Shown here: positions 38,968 through 49,202 of the stretch, piece after piece | Numbering within the stretch: position 1 is the stretch's first letter | How the letters are laid out: the number at the start of each line of letters is the position of its first letter | Assembly (NCBI RefSeq): GCF_039541115.1 | Contig: NZ_BAABFP010000002.1 | Coordinates: 1,116,001 to 1,180,000, forward strand | DNA from: Angustibacter luteus | GTDB taxonomy: Bacteria; Actinomycetota; Actinomycetes; Actinomycetales; Angustibacteraceae | Reading direction: 5' to 3' | Length of the DNA: 64,000 bases | Position numbers and translations under genes: made by a program | The notes under the pieces: model-generated | Told to the model about the DNA's origin: nothing | Databases searched by the model: none | What the model saw: only the letters and a program-made list of their open reading frames with translations

Positions 38968-39711
38968 TCAGTTGCCCTGCGTGGTGGCGCCGGGGCGCTG
39001 GAAGGTGAGCTGGTCGCCGGTGCGGATGGTGCTGGCGTCGACGGTGCCGTCGTCCCCCGCCTGGCCGGTGACGAGCAGCTGCTCGCCGACCTTCACATCG
39101 GCCTTCGAGCCCTCCTTCGTCACGGAGTACTTCGTGCTGTCGGTGACCTTGACCTTCACGGACCTGCCGTCCGCCGTCTTCACCGTGATGGTGTCGCCGT
39201 CGACCGCGGTCACCGTGCCGGTCGCCAGTCCGCGGCCCGGGCCACCCTGCCCCTGCGGTCCTGCCCCCTGCTGACCCTGCTGACCCTGCTGACCCTGCTG
39301 ACCCTGCTGGCCCTGCTGACCCTGGCCGGGCGCACCCTGGCCCTGCAGGCCGTAGCCCCCGCGCGCGTTGCCGAACCCGTTGCGGCCGCTCGCTTGCACG
39401 GTGTCGTCGCCACCGACGGAGTGCCCGATGAGGGCGCCGACGACGCCGCCGACGACCAGCAGCGCGACGGCGAGCACGGCCATCGTGCTCTTCGGCAGGC
39501 CGGAGCCCGTCCGCCGCGGCGTCAGCTGCGGCTCCGCGGCGACCCCGGCCGGCGGGGCGGCCAGCGGGTCGTCCGCGTACGGGCCGGTCGGCGGCTGGGT
39601 CGGCTGCTGCTGGGTCGGCTGCTGCTGGGTCGGCTGCTGCTGGGTCGGCGGGGTCTGGCCCAGCGGCTGGGTCGCACCCGGCTCCACGGGCGGCTGGGTC
39701 TGGTCGCTCAT
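38968..39711 (-). CDS. membrane-anchored hypothetical protein with Gln-rich repeats and OB-fold-like (DUF5666-like) C-terminus
   Basis: GGAG RBS; QQQPT and QGQ repeats, one TM helix, GTVTAVDGDTITV. Confidence 0.7.
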   Translation of the reverse strand: MSDQTQPPVEPGATQPLGQTPPTQQQPTQQQPTQQQPTQPPTGPYADDPLAAPPAGVAAEPQLTPRRTGSGLPKSTMAVLAVALLVVGGVVGALIGHSVGGDDTVQASGRNGFGNARGGYGLQGQGAPGQGQQGQQGQQGQQGQQGQQGAGPQGQGGPGRGLATGTVTAVDGDTITVKTADGRSVKVKVTDSTKYSVTKEGSKADVKVGEQLLVTGQAGDDGTVDASTIRTGDQLTFQRPGATTQGN

Positions 39712-39831
39712 TGCATCTCCTCGTTGTGCTGGTTCCCCCGCGCTGACAGGACGCAGACGGGGCACTTGCGGTGGGCTCGGTGCCCCGTCCGTGACAGGTC
39801 ACGGGGCGGGGCGGACGGAAGGGCCGGCGGG

Positions 39832-41061
39832 CTACTCATGACGCAGGGCGTCAATGGGTCGAAGCCGGGCGGCGCGGCCGGCGGGGTACCCGCCGAAGAA
39901 CACGCCGATCACCACGCACACCGCAAGGGCGAGCGCGATCGACGACGGCACCAGCACGGGCTCGATGCCGGAGATCGTGAAGTTGACGGTGACGAGCGCC
40001 GCCGCGACCCCGAGGACGCCGCCGAGCAGGCTCAGCGCTGTCGCCTCGGTGAGGAACTGGCCGAGCACGGCGCCGGTCCGCGCGCCGAGGGCCTTGCGGA
40101 TGCCGATCTCGCGGGTCCGCTCGGTGACCGTGACCAGCATGATGTTGGTGATCCCGATGCCGCCGACGAGCAGGCTGATCCCGGCCACGGCGGCGAGCAG
40201 GACCGTGAACGTCTTGCTCGCCTCGGTGCGCGTGCTGAGCAGCTGCGACTGGTTGAGCACCCGGTAGGTGCGGTCGTTGCTGCTGGTCACCCCGAGCGCG
40301 TTGTCCAGGATCGAGGTGACCTCGGACTCGGCGACGTCCACGGTCGAGGCACCGGTGGCCTGCACGACCACCGAGCTGAGCGCGCCGTAGCCGGTCAGGC
40401 TGCGCTGCACCGTCGTGATGGGCGCGATGATCGTGTCACCGGCGTCCTGGAACCCGCTGGATCCCTTCTCTGCCAGGACCCCGACGACCGTGAGCCGCAG
40501 GTTGCCGACCGTGATCTGCTGGCCGACCGGGTTCTGCCCGCTGAACAGGTTGTCGGCCGTGGTCGGGCCGATCACGGCGACCTGTCGGCTGGCGTCGACG
40601 TCGGCCTGGGTGAAGTAGGTGCCCTTGTCGACCGGGCTGTTGGTGGCCTCGAAGTACGAGACCGACGTCCCGACGATCGAGTTCACGGTGACGCTGGTGT
40701 CGCCGGCCGTCACCGTCGCGGACGTCGTCGCCTCGGGCGTCACGCTCTTGACGTCCGGCGCGAGGTCGGTGTTGGTCAGCTGGCGCGCCACCGACAGGGT
40801 GATCCCGCCGGACGTCAGCTGCTGCTGCTGTCCGCCGCCGCGGGCCGAGAAGCCGCGACCGCCCTGGCTGGACACGGTCAGCGTGTTGGTGCCGAGCTGC
40901 TCGATCGACGCCTCGATCGCCTTGGACGACCCGTTGCCGACCGCGACCAGCACGATGACCGCGCCGACCCCGATCAGGATGCCGAGCGTCGTCAGGGTGG
41001 ACCGCAACGGGTTCGCGGTCAGGCCGCGCAGGGCGGACCGGACGACCTCGAGCGGGCTCAC
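39832..41061 (-). CDS. MacB/FtsX-like ABC permease
   Basis: LRSTLTTLGILIGV, GGIGITNIMLVTVTERTREIGIRKALGA. Confidence 0.9.
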   Translation of the reverse strand: MSPLEVVRSALRGLTANPLRSTLTTLGILIGVGAVIVLVAVGNGSSKAIEASIEQLGTNTLTVSSQGGRGFSARGGGQQQQLTSGGITLSVARQLTNTDLAPDVKSVTPEATTSATVTAGDTSVTVNSIVGTSVSYFEATNSPVDKGTYFTQADVDASRQVAVIGPTTADNLFSGQNPVGQQITVGNLRLTVVGVLAEKGSSGFQDAGDTIIAPITTVQRSLTGYGALSSVVVQATGASTVDVAESEVTSILDNALGVTSSNDRTYRVLNQSQLLSTRTEASKTFTVLLAAVAGISLLVGGIGITNIMLVTVTERTREIGIRKALGARTGAVLGQFLTEATALSLLGGVLGVAAALVTVNFTISGIEPVLVPSSIALALAVCVVIGVFFGGYPAGRAARLRPIDALRHE

Positions 41062-41777
41062 GCCACACCGACCAGGTCACGGGTGCGGACGTCGGACACG
41101 ATCTGCCCGTCGACCAGCCGCAGCTGGCGGGAGGCGTGGGCGGCGACGTCGTCCTCGTGGGTGATCAGGACGACGGTCCGGCCCGACGCGTTGAGCTGGT
41201 CCAGGATGGCCATCACCTCGCCGCTGGAGTGGCTGTCGAGGTTCCCGGTGGGCTCGTCGGCCAGGACGAGCGCGGGCGCCATCACCAGCGCGCGGGCGAT
41301 CGCCACCCGCTGCTGCTGACCGCCGGACAGCTGGTTGGGTCGGTGGTCGGCCCGGTCGGTCAGCCCGACCCGTTCGAGCGCGGCAGCGGCCCGGCGGCGG
41401 CGCTCGCTCGCCCGGACGCCGGCGTAGGTCATCGGCAGCTCGACGTTGGCGGCGGCCGACATCCGCGGGATCAGGTTGAACGACTGGAAGACGAACCCGA
41501 TCCGACGTCCGCGCACCTGCGCCAGCGAGTCCTCACCCAGGTCGCTGACGTCGACGCCGTCCAGCCGGTAGCTGCCGGTGGTCGGCACGTCCAGGCAGCC
41601 GATGAGGTTCATCAGCGTCGACTTGCCCGAGCCGGAGGCCCCCATGATCGCGACGTAGTCGCCGGCCGCGATGTCCAGGTTGATGCCGCGCAGGGCCTCG
41701 ACCGCGGCGTCGCCGTGGCCGTAGACCTTGCGGACGTCGGCGAGCTCGATGACGTTCTCGCGCAGCGGTTCGCTCAC
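41058..41777 (-). CDS. MacB/LolD-type ABC ATP-binding protein
   Basis: GASGSGKS, LSGGQQQR, ADEPTGNLD. Confidence 0.92.
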   Translation of the reverse strand: MSEPLRENVIELADVRKVYGHGDAAVEALRGINLDIAAGDYVAIMGASGSGKSTLMNLIGCLDVPTTGSYRLDGVDVSDLGEDSLAQVRGRRIGFVFQSFNLIPRMSAAANVELPMTYAGVRASERRRRAAAALERVGLTDRADHRPNQLSGGQQQRVAIARALVMAPALVLADEPTGNLDSHSSGEVMAILDQLNASGRTVVLITHEDDVAAHASRQLRLVDGQIVSDVRTRDLVGVA

Positions 41778-43015
41778 CGGGCGCCGCCGGCCGGGGCGTT
41801 GCCGTTGGTGACCAGACCCGGTCCGGCGCCGCCGCCGGGGAAGTTCCCGCCGCCGGGGAAGCCGTTGCCGGACGACGTCGACGCGGTCGCCAGGAGCACC
41901 TGCTGCCCGGCGGTCAGGCCGCTGGTGACCTCGGTGAGCTGGTCGCCCTCGAGACCGATCTCGACCGGGGTCCGGGTCTGCTGCCCGTTGGCCACCACGG
42001 TGACGGTGTGCGTGCTGCCGCCGCTGGTGATCGCTGAGCTCGGCACGGTCAGCACGTTGGTCTTGCTGCCGGTCGTCACGGTCACGGTCGCGCTCTGCCC
42101 GGACCGCAGGCCCTTCGGCAGGGTCGGCAGGCTCACGGTGACCGCGTAGCTGACCACGTTGTTCGCGGTGGTCGGGGTCGGGGCGACCGAGGTGACCTTG
42201 CCGGTGACCGGCGTGCCCTCGGCGGCGTTGAAGACGGTGGTGGCGACCTGGCCCACCTTGAGGGCCATGGCGTCGGCCTCGGCGAACGAGGCGGACACCT
42301 CCATCCTGGTCAGGTCGGCGATCGTGAACAGACCGGACGTCGTGTCGGAGCCGGTGCTCGAGCCGTTCCCGCTGGACCCGCCCGACGAACCGCCGACGGT
42401 CCCGTTCACGGTCAGCACGGTGCCGGCGCGGGGGCTGCGCAGCGTGGCGCCGGCGAGGGCGGTCTGCGCGGACTCGAGGTCGCTCTCAGCCTGCAGGCGG
42501 CTCGCCCGGGCCGACGCGAGCTGGGCGGACGCCGACGAGACCGAGGTCGCGGACGACTGCTGGCTCTGGCCGTTCTGGCTGGTGCTGGCCGTGTCGTCCG
42601 CGGAGCTCTCGGCGTCCACGGCGTCGTCGTAGCCCTCCACCGCGGCGGAGTACTGGTCCTGGGCGGCGTCCAGCTTGGCCTGCGCGACGTCCACCGCGGT
42701 CTGCAGCTGGTCGGTGTCCAGGGTGGCGAGCACCTGACCCTTCTTCACCGTCTGCCCGACCTTCGCCTTGATGCTCGCGATGGTGCCGCTGCTGGTGAAC
42801 GAGACCTCGGAGGTCGAGGTCGGCGCACTGGTGCCGGTGGCGCTCACGGTGGCGCTGACGTCGCCGGTGGACACGGTCGCGGTGCGCGCGGTCGAGGCCG
42901 TCGCCGTCCCCCCGTCCCCGTGCAGCACAAGGAATCCGATGACGAGGGCGATGACGAGGACGGCGGCGATAGACAGGTTGACCGTGGCCACCCGCCCGGG
43001 ACGTGGAAGCTTCAT
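41774..43015 (-). CDS. MacA/HlyD-type adaptor subunit
   Basis: N-terminal TM, lipoyl halves (VGQTVKKGQVLA; LRSPRAGTV), helical hairpin. Confidence 0.85.
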   Translation of the reverse strand: MKLPRPGRVATVNLSIAAVLVIALVIGFLVLHGDGGTATASTARTATVSTGDVSATVSATGTSAPTSTSEVSFTSSGTIASIKAKVGQTVKKGQVLATLDTDQLQTAVDVAQAKLDAAQDQYSAAVEGYDDAVDAESSADDTASTSQNGQSQQSSATSVSSASAQLASARASRLQAESDLESAQTALAGATLRSPRAGTVLTVNGTVGGSSGGSSGNGSSTGSDTTSGLFTIADLTRMEVSASFAEADAMALKVGQVATTVFNAAEGTPVTGKVTSVAPTPTTANNVVSYAVTVSLPTLPKGLRSGQSATVTVTTGSKTNVLTVPSSAITSGGSTHTVTVVANGQQTRTPVEIGLEGDQLTEVTSGLTAGQQVLLATASTSSGNGFPGGGNFPGGGAGPGLVTNGNAPAGGAR

Positions 43016-43124
43016 GACGGGAAGGATGACGAGCGTTCCTGTGCAGGACCTGTGAACGTCCGGTGTGCGGGCTGTCGATCTCGCCGCGAGCCACAGGCCG
43101 TCCCAGGGCCCTACACTCCGGCAC

Positions 43125-44153
43125 GTGCGAGATCACAGCGGAGCGCCCGGCCTGCCCACGCTGGAGTCCGTGGCGGCCTTGGCCGGGGTGTCCCGGGCGA
43201 CCGCCGGGCGGGTGCTGTCCGGGTCGCCGCGGGTCAGTGAGTCGGCGAAGAAGGCCGTGCTGGACGCGGCGGCCGAGCTGTCGTACGTGACCAACCGGGC
43301 CGCGCGGTCGCTGGTCACCCGGCGCAGCGACTCCATCGCGTTCGTGGTGTCCGAGTCCGAGGAGCGGCTGTTCCAGGACCCGTTCTTCCCGGCCGTGCTG
43401 CGCGGGGCGCACCGCGCCGTGTCGGACCAGAGCGTCCAGCTCGTCTTCGTCGTGCTGGCCAACCAGGCCGAGCACGAGCAGTTCTTCCGGTTCGCCGCGG
43501 GCGGCCACGTGGACGGCGCGATGTTCGTCTCGCTGCACGGCGACGACCCGCTGCCGACCCGGTTGCGCGAGGTGGGCATCCCGGTGGTGCTGAGCGGCCG
43601 CCCCTTCCGCCCCGACGACGACATCCCGAACGTGGACGCCGACAACCTGACCGGCGCCGAGCTGGCGACCCAGGCCCTGCTGGACGTCGGCTGCACCCGC
43701 CTGGCCACGATCACCGGGCCGCTGGACATGCCGGCCGCGCAGGACCGGCTGGCCGGCTACGAGGCCGGGTTGCGAGCCGCCGGCCGCAAGGTCGCCACGA
43801 GCCGGACCATGCAGTCCGACTTCACCACCGAGGGCGGCTTCGACGCAATGAACCACCTACTGCGGCAACGCTTCTCGCCGGACGGCGTGTTCGCGGCGAA
43901 CGACCAGATGGCGGTCGGCGCGATGCGGGCGATCCGCGAGGCCGGGCTCTCCGTGCCGGGCGACGTCCGGGTGGTCGGCTTCGACGACAGCCCGCTGGCC
44001 ACCGCCGCCCACCCGCCGCTGACGTCGGTGCGCCAACCCATGGAGCAGCTCGGTCGCGAGATGGCGCTGCTGCTGCTGGCCCTGGTCAACGGCGACCCGG
44101 TGTCGACGTCCGTGATGCTGCCCACCGAGCTCGTCGTCCGCGAGACCACGTAG
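43125..44153 (+). CDS. LacI family regulator (CebR/CelR-like)
   Basis: PTLESVAALAGVSRATAGRV HTH; VVGFDD, LTSVRQP; start approximate. Confidence 0.88.
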   Translation: MRDHSGAPGLPTLESVAALAGVSRATAGRVLSGSPRVSESAKKAVLDAAAELSYVTNRAARSLVTRRSDSIAFVVSESEERLFQDPFFPAVLRGAHRAVSDQSVQLVFVVLANQAEHEQFFRFAAGGHVDGAMFVSLHGDDPLPTRLREVGIPVVLSGRPFRPDDDIPNVDADNLTGAELATQALLDVGCTRLATITGPLDMPAAQDRLAGYEAGLRAAGRKVATSRTMQSDFTTEGGFDAMNHLLRQRFSPDGVFAANDQMAVGAMRAIREAGLSVPGDVRVVGFDDSPLATAAHPPLTSVRQPMEQLGREMALLLLALVNGDPVSTSVMLPTELVVRETT

Positions 44154-44264
44154 CCCCGATTCCGCACCATTCGCGCTTCCCGTGGCTATGCGTGCCGGAA
44201 TACCCCGTGTAGCGCGATGGGTGCGCGGGAGCGGCGCCGTGATGAATTTGTTGTCCGCCACACC

Positions 44265-44340
44265 TTGACACCGCTAGTCCCCGGACGCGAGTATTCCGGC
44301 CAGCGTGAGAGCGCTCTCATCAAGTGCGAGAGCGCTCTCA
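44265..44340 (+). promoter_or_regulatory. promoter with two tandem CebR/CelR-type operators
   Basis: TTGACA 44265-44270; TGAGAGCGCTCTCA 44306-44319 and CGAGAGCGCTCTCA 44327-44340, compared with the CebR box TGGGAGCGCTCCCA. Confidence 0.75.
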
Positions 44341-44407
44341 TATCGCACACGTTCAAGGACGAACACGTTCAACGACGAACGGCCCTCGGGCCAGAAGGAG
44401 CACAACG

Positions 44408-45709
44408 ATGCACCTGCGACGTCCGGCGACCGCGGTAGCGGCCGCGACGATCTGCGTGGCCCTGGGCCTCACTGCCTGCGGAAGCGACAGCGACGACTCG
44501 GCAACGGGCTCGACCCCGGGGGGCAAGACCACCCTCACGGTGAGCCTCTTCGGCACCTTCGGGTACAAGGAGGCCGGGCTGTTCGACAAGTACCAGGCCG
44601 ACCACCCCGAGATCACCATCAAGTACGACTCCACCGAGCAGGAGAAGAACTACTGGACCGCGCTGCAGACCAAGCTCGCCTCAGGCAGCGGCGCCTCGGA
44701 CGTGCAGGCCATCGAGGTCGGCCGGATCACCGACGTCGCGCAGAACCAGGGCGACAAGTGGCTGGACCTCAAGGGCACCAGCGCCGGCGCGCAGGTCGCC
44801 AGCTACCCGGCGTGGAAGGAGGCGGCCGCCACCACGAAGGACGGCGCCGTCCTGGGTCTCGGCACCGACATCGGCCCGACGGGCATCTGCTACCGCACCG
44901 ACCTGATGAAGGCCGCCGGACTGCCCTCCGACCCGGCCGAGCTGGCCACCAAGCTCACCTCGTGGGACGACTACATCGCCATGGGTGAGCAGTTCAAGTC
45001 CAAGGCCCCCAAGGGCGCCGCCTGGACGGACGCCGCCGGCGGGCTCTACAACGTCGTGGTCTCCACCGAGTCCAAGATCTACTACGACGAGTCGGGCCAG
45101 CTGATCTGGAACACCAACCCCGCCGTCAAGCACGCCTACGACCTCGCCGCCAAGGCCGGCCAGGACGGTCTGACCGCCAAGCTGGGCCAGTTCACCCCCG
45201 AGTGGGACTCCGGCTTCGGCAAGGGCTCGTTCGCCACGATCGCCTGCCCGTCCTGGATGATCGGCTACATCAAGGGCAAGGCCGGCGACGCCGGCAGCGG
45301 CAAGTGGAACGTCACGACGCTGCCCGGCGGCGTGGGCGGCAACTGGGGCGGCGCCTACCTTTCGATCCCGAAGCAGAGCAAGCACCAGAAGCAGGCCGCT
45401 GACCTGATCAAGTGGCTGACCGACCCCGAGCAGCAGGCCACGGTCTTCAACAAGGTCGGCAACTTCCCGTCCAACAAGGGCGCGTTCACGCTGGTCGCCG
45501 ACACCAAGGACGACTACTTCAGCGGGGCCGCCATCGGCAAGGTGTTCGGTGACATCGCCGCCTCCGCGCCGACCCAGATCCACGGCAAGGACGACGGCAC
45601 GATCCAGAACCAGATCAGCACCGCGCTCCAGTCGGTCGAGACGAACCACGTCGCGCCGGACAAGGCGTGGGCCACCCTGAACGACACGCTCAAGAACCAG
45701 CTCGGCTGA
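44408..45709 (+). CDS. sugar ABC transporter substrate-binding lipoprotein (CebE-like)
   Basis: Lipobox LTAC; FGTFGY, GTDIGPTGICYR, GNWGG. Confidence 0.88.
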   Translation: MHLRRPATAVAAATICVALGLTACGSDSDDSATGSTPGGKTTLTVSLFGTFGYKEAGLFDKYQADHPEITIKYDSTEQEKNYWTALQTKLASGSGASDVQAIEVGRITDVAQNQGDKWLDLKGTSAGAQVASYPAWKEAAATTKDGAVLGLGTDIGPTGICYRTDLMKAAGLPSDPAELATKLTSWDDYIAMGEQFKSKAPKGAAWTDAAGGLYNVVVSTESKIYYDESGQLIWNTNPAVKHAYDLAAKAGQDGLTAKLGQFTPEWDSGFGKGSFATIACPSWMIGYIKGKAGDAGSGKWNVTTLPGGVGGNWGGAYLSIPKQSKHQKQAADLIKWLTDPEQQATVFNKVGNFPSNKGAFTLVADTKDDYFSGAAIGKVFGDIAASAPTQIHGKDDGTIQNQISTALQSVETNHVAPDKAWATLNDTLKNQLG

Positions 45710-45724
45710 CCGGGCCTGTCTGAC

Positions 45725-46771
45725 GTGTCGTCTGCAGCCGCGGCCGGGGCCTCGCCCGACACCGCCTCGAGCACCGCCAGCACGGCCTCGGGCGGCTCGG
45801 GCGAGGGCCCGTCGTCGCAGGACGCTCCCCCACCCGCATCCGTGCGGGTGGGGGAGCGGCGGCGTCGCACCTGGCGCCAGCGAGCCTTCCGCTTCGAGGC
45901 GAAGGCCGCCCCCTACGCCTACGTGTCGCCGTTCTTCCTGATCTTCGCCGCCTTCGGGCTGTTCCCCCTGGTCAACACCGTCTGGATCAGCCTGCACGAG
46001 TACAAGCTCGGCTCGGAGATGACCTGGATCGGCCTGGACAACTTCCGCTGGTTGTTCAGCAACCCGCTGTTCTACAACGCGCTCTGGAAGACCTTCACCA
46101 TCGGCGTCCTGTCGACGGTGCCGCAGCTGCTGCTGGCCCTCGCGCTGGCGCACCTGCTCAACTACTCGATGCGGGTCCGCACGTTCTTCCGGGTCTCGAT
46201 GATCACGCCGTACGCGACGTCCGTCGCCGCGGCCACCCTGGTGTTCTCCGAGCTGTTCGCCCGCGACGCCGGCTTCGCCAACTGGATCCTGTCCTGGTTC
46301 GGCGTCGGCCCGGTCGACTGGCGCAACGGCAACTGGACGGCGCAGGTCGCCATCGCGATCATCGTCACCTGGCGCTGGACCGGCTACAACGCGCTGATCT
46401 ACCTCGCCGGCATGCAGTCCATCTCGCAGGACCTCTACGAGGCCGCGGCGATCGACGGCGCGAGCCGCTGGCAGCAGTTCCGCCACGTGACGTTGCCGGG
46501 ACTGCGGCCGACCATCCTGTTCACCATCGTGGTGTCCACGATCGGCGCGACCCAGCTGTTCGGCGAGCCGCTGCTGTTCGGCAACGGCAGCGCGGACGGC
46601 GGTGCCGTGCACCAGTACCAGACCATCGGCCTGTTCATGTACCAGCAGGGCTGGCAGTACCTGCAGCTGGGCAAGGCGGCCGCCGTCGCCTGGGTGACCT
46701 TCCTGATCATCGTGGTGCTGGTGCTGTTCAACACCGCGATCGTCCGTTGGCGCACGAGGAGTGAGCGATGA
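45725..46771 (+). CDS. sugar ABC permease (CebF-like)
   Basis: [18 protein letters not shown] motif. Confidence 0.88.
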   Translation: MSSAAAAGASPDTASSTASTASGGSGEGPSSQDAPPPASVRVGERRRRTWRQRAFRFEAKAAPYAYVSPFFLIFAAFGLFPLVNTVWISLHEYKLGSEMTWIGLDNFRWLFSNPLFYNALWKTFTIGVLSTVPQLLLALALAHLLNYSMRVRTFFRVSMITPYATSVAAATLVFSELFARDAGFANWILSWFGVGPVDWRNGNWTAQVAIAIIVTWRWTGYNALIYLAGMQSISQDLYEAAAIDGASRWQQFRHVTLPGLRPTILFTIVVSTIGATQLFGEPLLFGNGSADGGAVHQYQTIGLFMYQQGWQYLQLGKAAAVAWVTFLIIVVLVLFNTAIVRWRTRSER

Positions 46772-47667
46772 CCACCATGCCGGTCCCCCCGGCCTCCAGC
46801 GGTGCGCCGCCGATGCTCACCGTCGGCAAACCACGCCGCCGGCGTCGCGGCACGCACCAGGCCGGACCGATCACCTACCTGCTGCTGGTCATCACCGCGG
46901 CGATCTTCATCCTGCCCTTCTACTACATGCTCGTCGGGGCCAGCCGGACCATGTCCGAGATCGCCCAGGTACCGCCGCCGCTGACGCCGGGGGGCAACCT
47001 CTGGCACAACATCCAGGCGGCGCTCGAGCAGCAGAACATCGGCAAGGCCCTGATCAACTCGGTCGTGGTGTCCGGCTGCGTCACGGTGAGCACGGTGCTC
47101 TTCTGCACCCTGGCCGGCTTCGCCTTCGCCAAGATGCGGTTCCGCGGCAGCGCCGTGCTGTTCGCGATCGCGGTGGCCACGATGATGATCCCGCCGACGC
47201 TGGGCGTCGTCCCGCTGTACAAGATCATGGCGACCCTGCACCTGACCGCGAAGCTGGGTTCAGTGATCTTGCCGTCCCTGGTCAGCGCCTTCGGGGTGTT
47301 CTTCATGCGCCAGTTCCTGCTGCAGGCCGTCCCGGACGAGCTGCTCGAGGCCGCCCGGGTCGACGGCGCGACGTCCACCCGCACCTTCATCTCGATCGTG
47401 CTGCCGATCGCCCGGCCCGGGATGGCGGTGCTGGCGATGCTCACGTTCATGGCGTCCTGGAACGACTTCTTCTGGCCGATCATCGCGCTGAACTCGACCA
47501 ACCCGACCGTGCAGGTGGCGCTGAACAACCTCGGCGGCGGCTACGTCCCGGACCAGTCGATCATCCTGGCCGGGACGCTGATCGGCACCCTGCCCGTGTT
47601 CCTCGTCTTCGTCCTGCTGGGCCGTCAGGTGGTCAGCGGCATCATCGCCGGAGCGGTCAAGGGATGA
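46768..47667 (+). CDS. sugar ABC permease (CebG-like)
   Basis: [24 protein letters not shown]. Confidence 0.88.
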   Translation: MTTMPVPPASSGAPPMLTVGKPRRRRRGTHQAGPITYLLLVITAAIFILPFYYMLVGASRTMSEIAQVPPPLTPGGNLWHNIQAALEQQNIGKALINSVVVSGCVTVSTVLFCTLAGFAFAKMRFRGSAVLFAIAVATMMIPPTLGVVPLYKIMATLHLTAKLGSVILPSLVSAFGVFFMRQFLLQAVPDELLEAARVDGATSTRTFISIVLPIARPGMAVLAMLTFMASWNDFFWPIIALNSTNPTVQVALNNLGGGYVPDQSIILAGTLIGTLPVFLVFVLLGRQVVSGIIAGAVKG

Positions 47668-49202
47668 GCAGGTTCGCGCAGCCCGACCCCGCAGTCGTAC
47701 CGTCTTCCGTAGCACCTCCGGCAGAGATGAGGCATCCCGTGGTCTTCACGTCCGCGCACAGCACGTCCACCCCCCAGGACGACGAGGGTGGGCGTCGCTT
47801 CCCCCCGGACTTCGCGTGGGGTTCGGCCACGGCGTCGTACCAGATCGAGGGGGCGGTCGCCGAGGGCGGGCGGACGCCGTCGATCTGGGACACGTTCAGC
47901 CACACCCCGGGCAAGGTGCAGGACGGCGACACCGGCGACGTGGCCGTCGACCACTACCACCGGTTCCGCGAGGACGTCGCGATCATGCGCGAGCTCGGCC
48001 TCACGACGTACCGGATGTCGGTCGCCTGGCCGCGGATCACCCCGGACGTCGGCCCGGACGCCCTCGGCCCGGTGAACGAGGAGGGGCTCGCCTTCTACCG
48101 CGAGCTGGTCGCCGAGCTGGTCGCCGCGGGCATCGAGCCCGCCGTCACGCTGTACCACTGGGACCTGCCGCAGGCCCTCGAGGACGCGGGCGGCTGGACC
48201 GACCGGCGCACCGCGGAGCGCTTCGCCGAGTACGCGGTCGTCGTGGCGCAGGCCCTGTCCCCCGAGGTCCCCACCTACATCACGCTCAACGAGCCCTGGT
48301 GCTCGGCCTACCTCGGCTACGCCAGCGGCGTGCACGCACCGGGCCGGCAGGACCCGGCGGCCGCGCTGGCCGCCGTGCACCACCTGAACCTGGCCCACGG
48401 GCTGGCCACGACGGCCATCCGCGCTGCCGTGCCGGACGCCCGGATCGGCCTGACGCTCAACCTCGCGTGGGTGCACTCGGAGGCCGGTGACCCGGCGGAC
48501 GACGACGCCGTGCGCCGCGTGGACGGCCTGCAGAACCGCGTCTTCCTGGACCCCGTCCTCGAGGGCCGCTACCCCGACGACGTCCTGGCCGACACCGCCG
48601 CCGTCACCGACTGGTCGTTCATCCAGGACGGCGACCTCGACCTGGTGCACCAGGTGCCCGACGTGCTGGGGGTCAACTACTACTCCCCGACGGTCGTCCG
48701 GCACTGGGACGGCTCGCGCCCCCGCCAGATCGCGGACGGGCACGGCCTGACCGTGGCCACGCCGTGGATCGCCTGCGACGAGGTGGAGTTCCCCGAGCAG
48801 CCCGGCCTGCACACGGAGATGGGCTGGCCGATCGACGCCCGCGGCCTGACCGAGCTGCTGGTGCGCATGCACCGCGAGCACCCCGGCCTGGACCTCATGG
48901 TCACGGAGAACGGCGCCGCCTTCCCCGACGTGCTGGCCGACGACGGCGGCGTGCACGACCAGGACCGCATCGACTACCTGCGCGACCACCTCGGCGCGGT
49001 GCTGGACGCGATCGAGCAGGGCGCGCCGGTCCGCGGGTACTTCCTGTGGTCGCTGTTGGACAACTTCGAGTGGTCCTTCGGGTACTCCAAGCGGTTCGGC
49101 ATCGTGCACATCGACTACGACACCCAGGTGCGCACGCTGAAGGACAGCGCACGCTGGTACTCCCAGGTCGTGCGGTCGGGCGGGGCGCTACCGCACCAGT
49201 GA
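47664..49202 (+). CDS. GH1 beta-glucosidase
   Basis: [25 protein letters not shown] acid/base, VTENG nucleophile, DNFEW. Confidence 0.93.
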   Translation: MSRFAQPDPAVVPSSVAPPAEMRHPVVFTSAHSTSTPQDDEGGRRFPPDFAWGSATASYQIEGAVAEGGRTPSIWDTFSHTPGKVQDGDTGDVAVDHYHRFREDVAIMRELGLTTYRMSVAWPRITPDVGPDALGPVNEEGLAFYRELVAELVAAGIEPAVTLYHWDLPQALEDAGGWTDRRTAERFAEYAVVVAQALSPEVPTYITLNEPWCSAYLGYASGVHAPGRQDPAAALAAVHHLNLAHGLATTAIRAAVPDARIGLTLNLAWVHSEAGDPADDDAVRRVDGLQNRVFLDPVLEGRYPDDVLADTAAVTDWSFIQDGDLDLVHQVPDVLGVNYYSPTVVRHWDGSRPRQIADGHGLTVATPWIACDEVEFPEQPGLHTEMGWPIDARGLTELLVRMHREHPGLDLMVTENGAAFPDVLADDGGVHDQDRIDYLRDHLGAVLDAIEQGAPVRGYFLWSLLDNFEWSFGYSKRFGIVHIDYDTQVRTLKDSARWYSQVVRSGGALPHQ

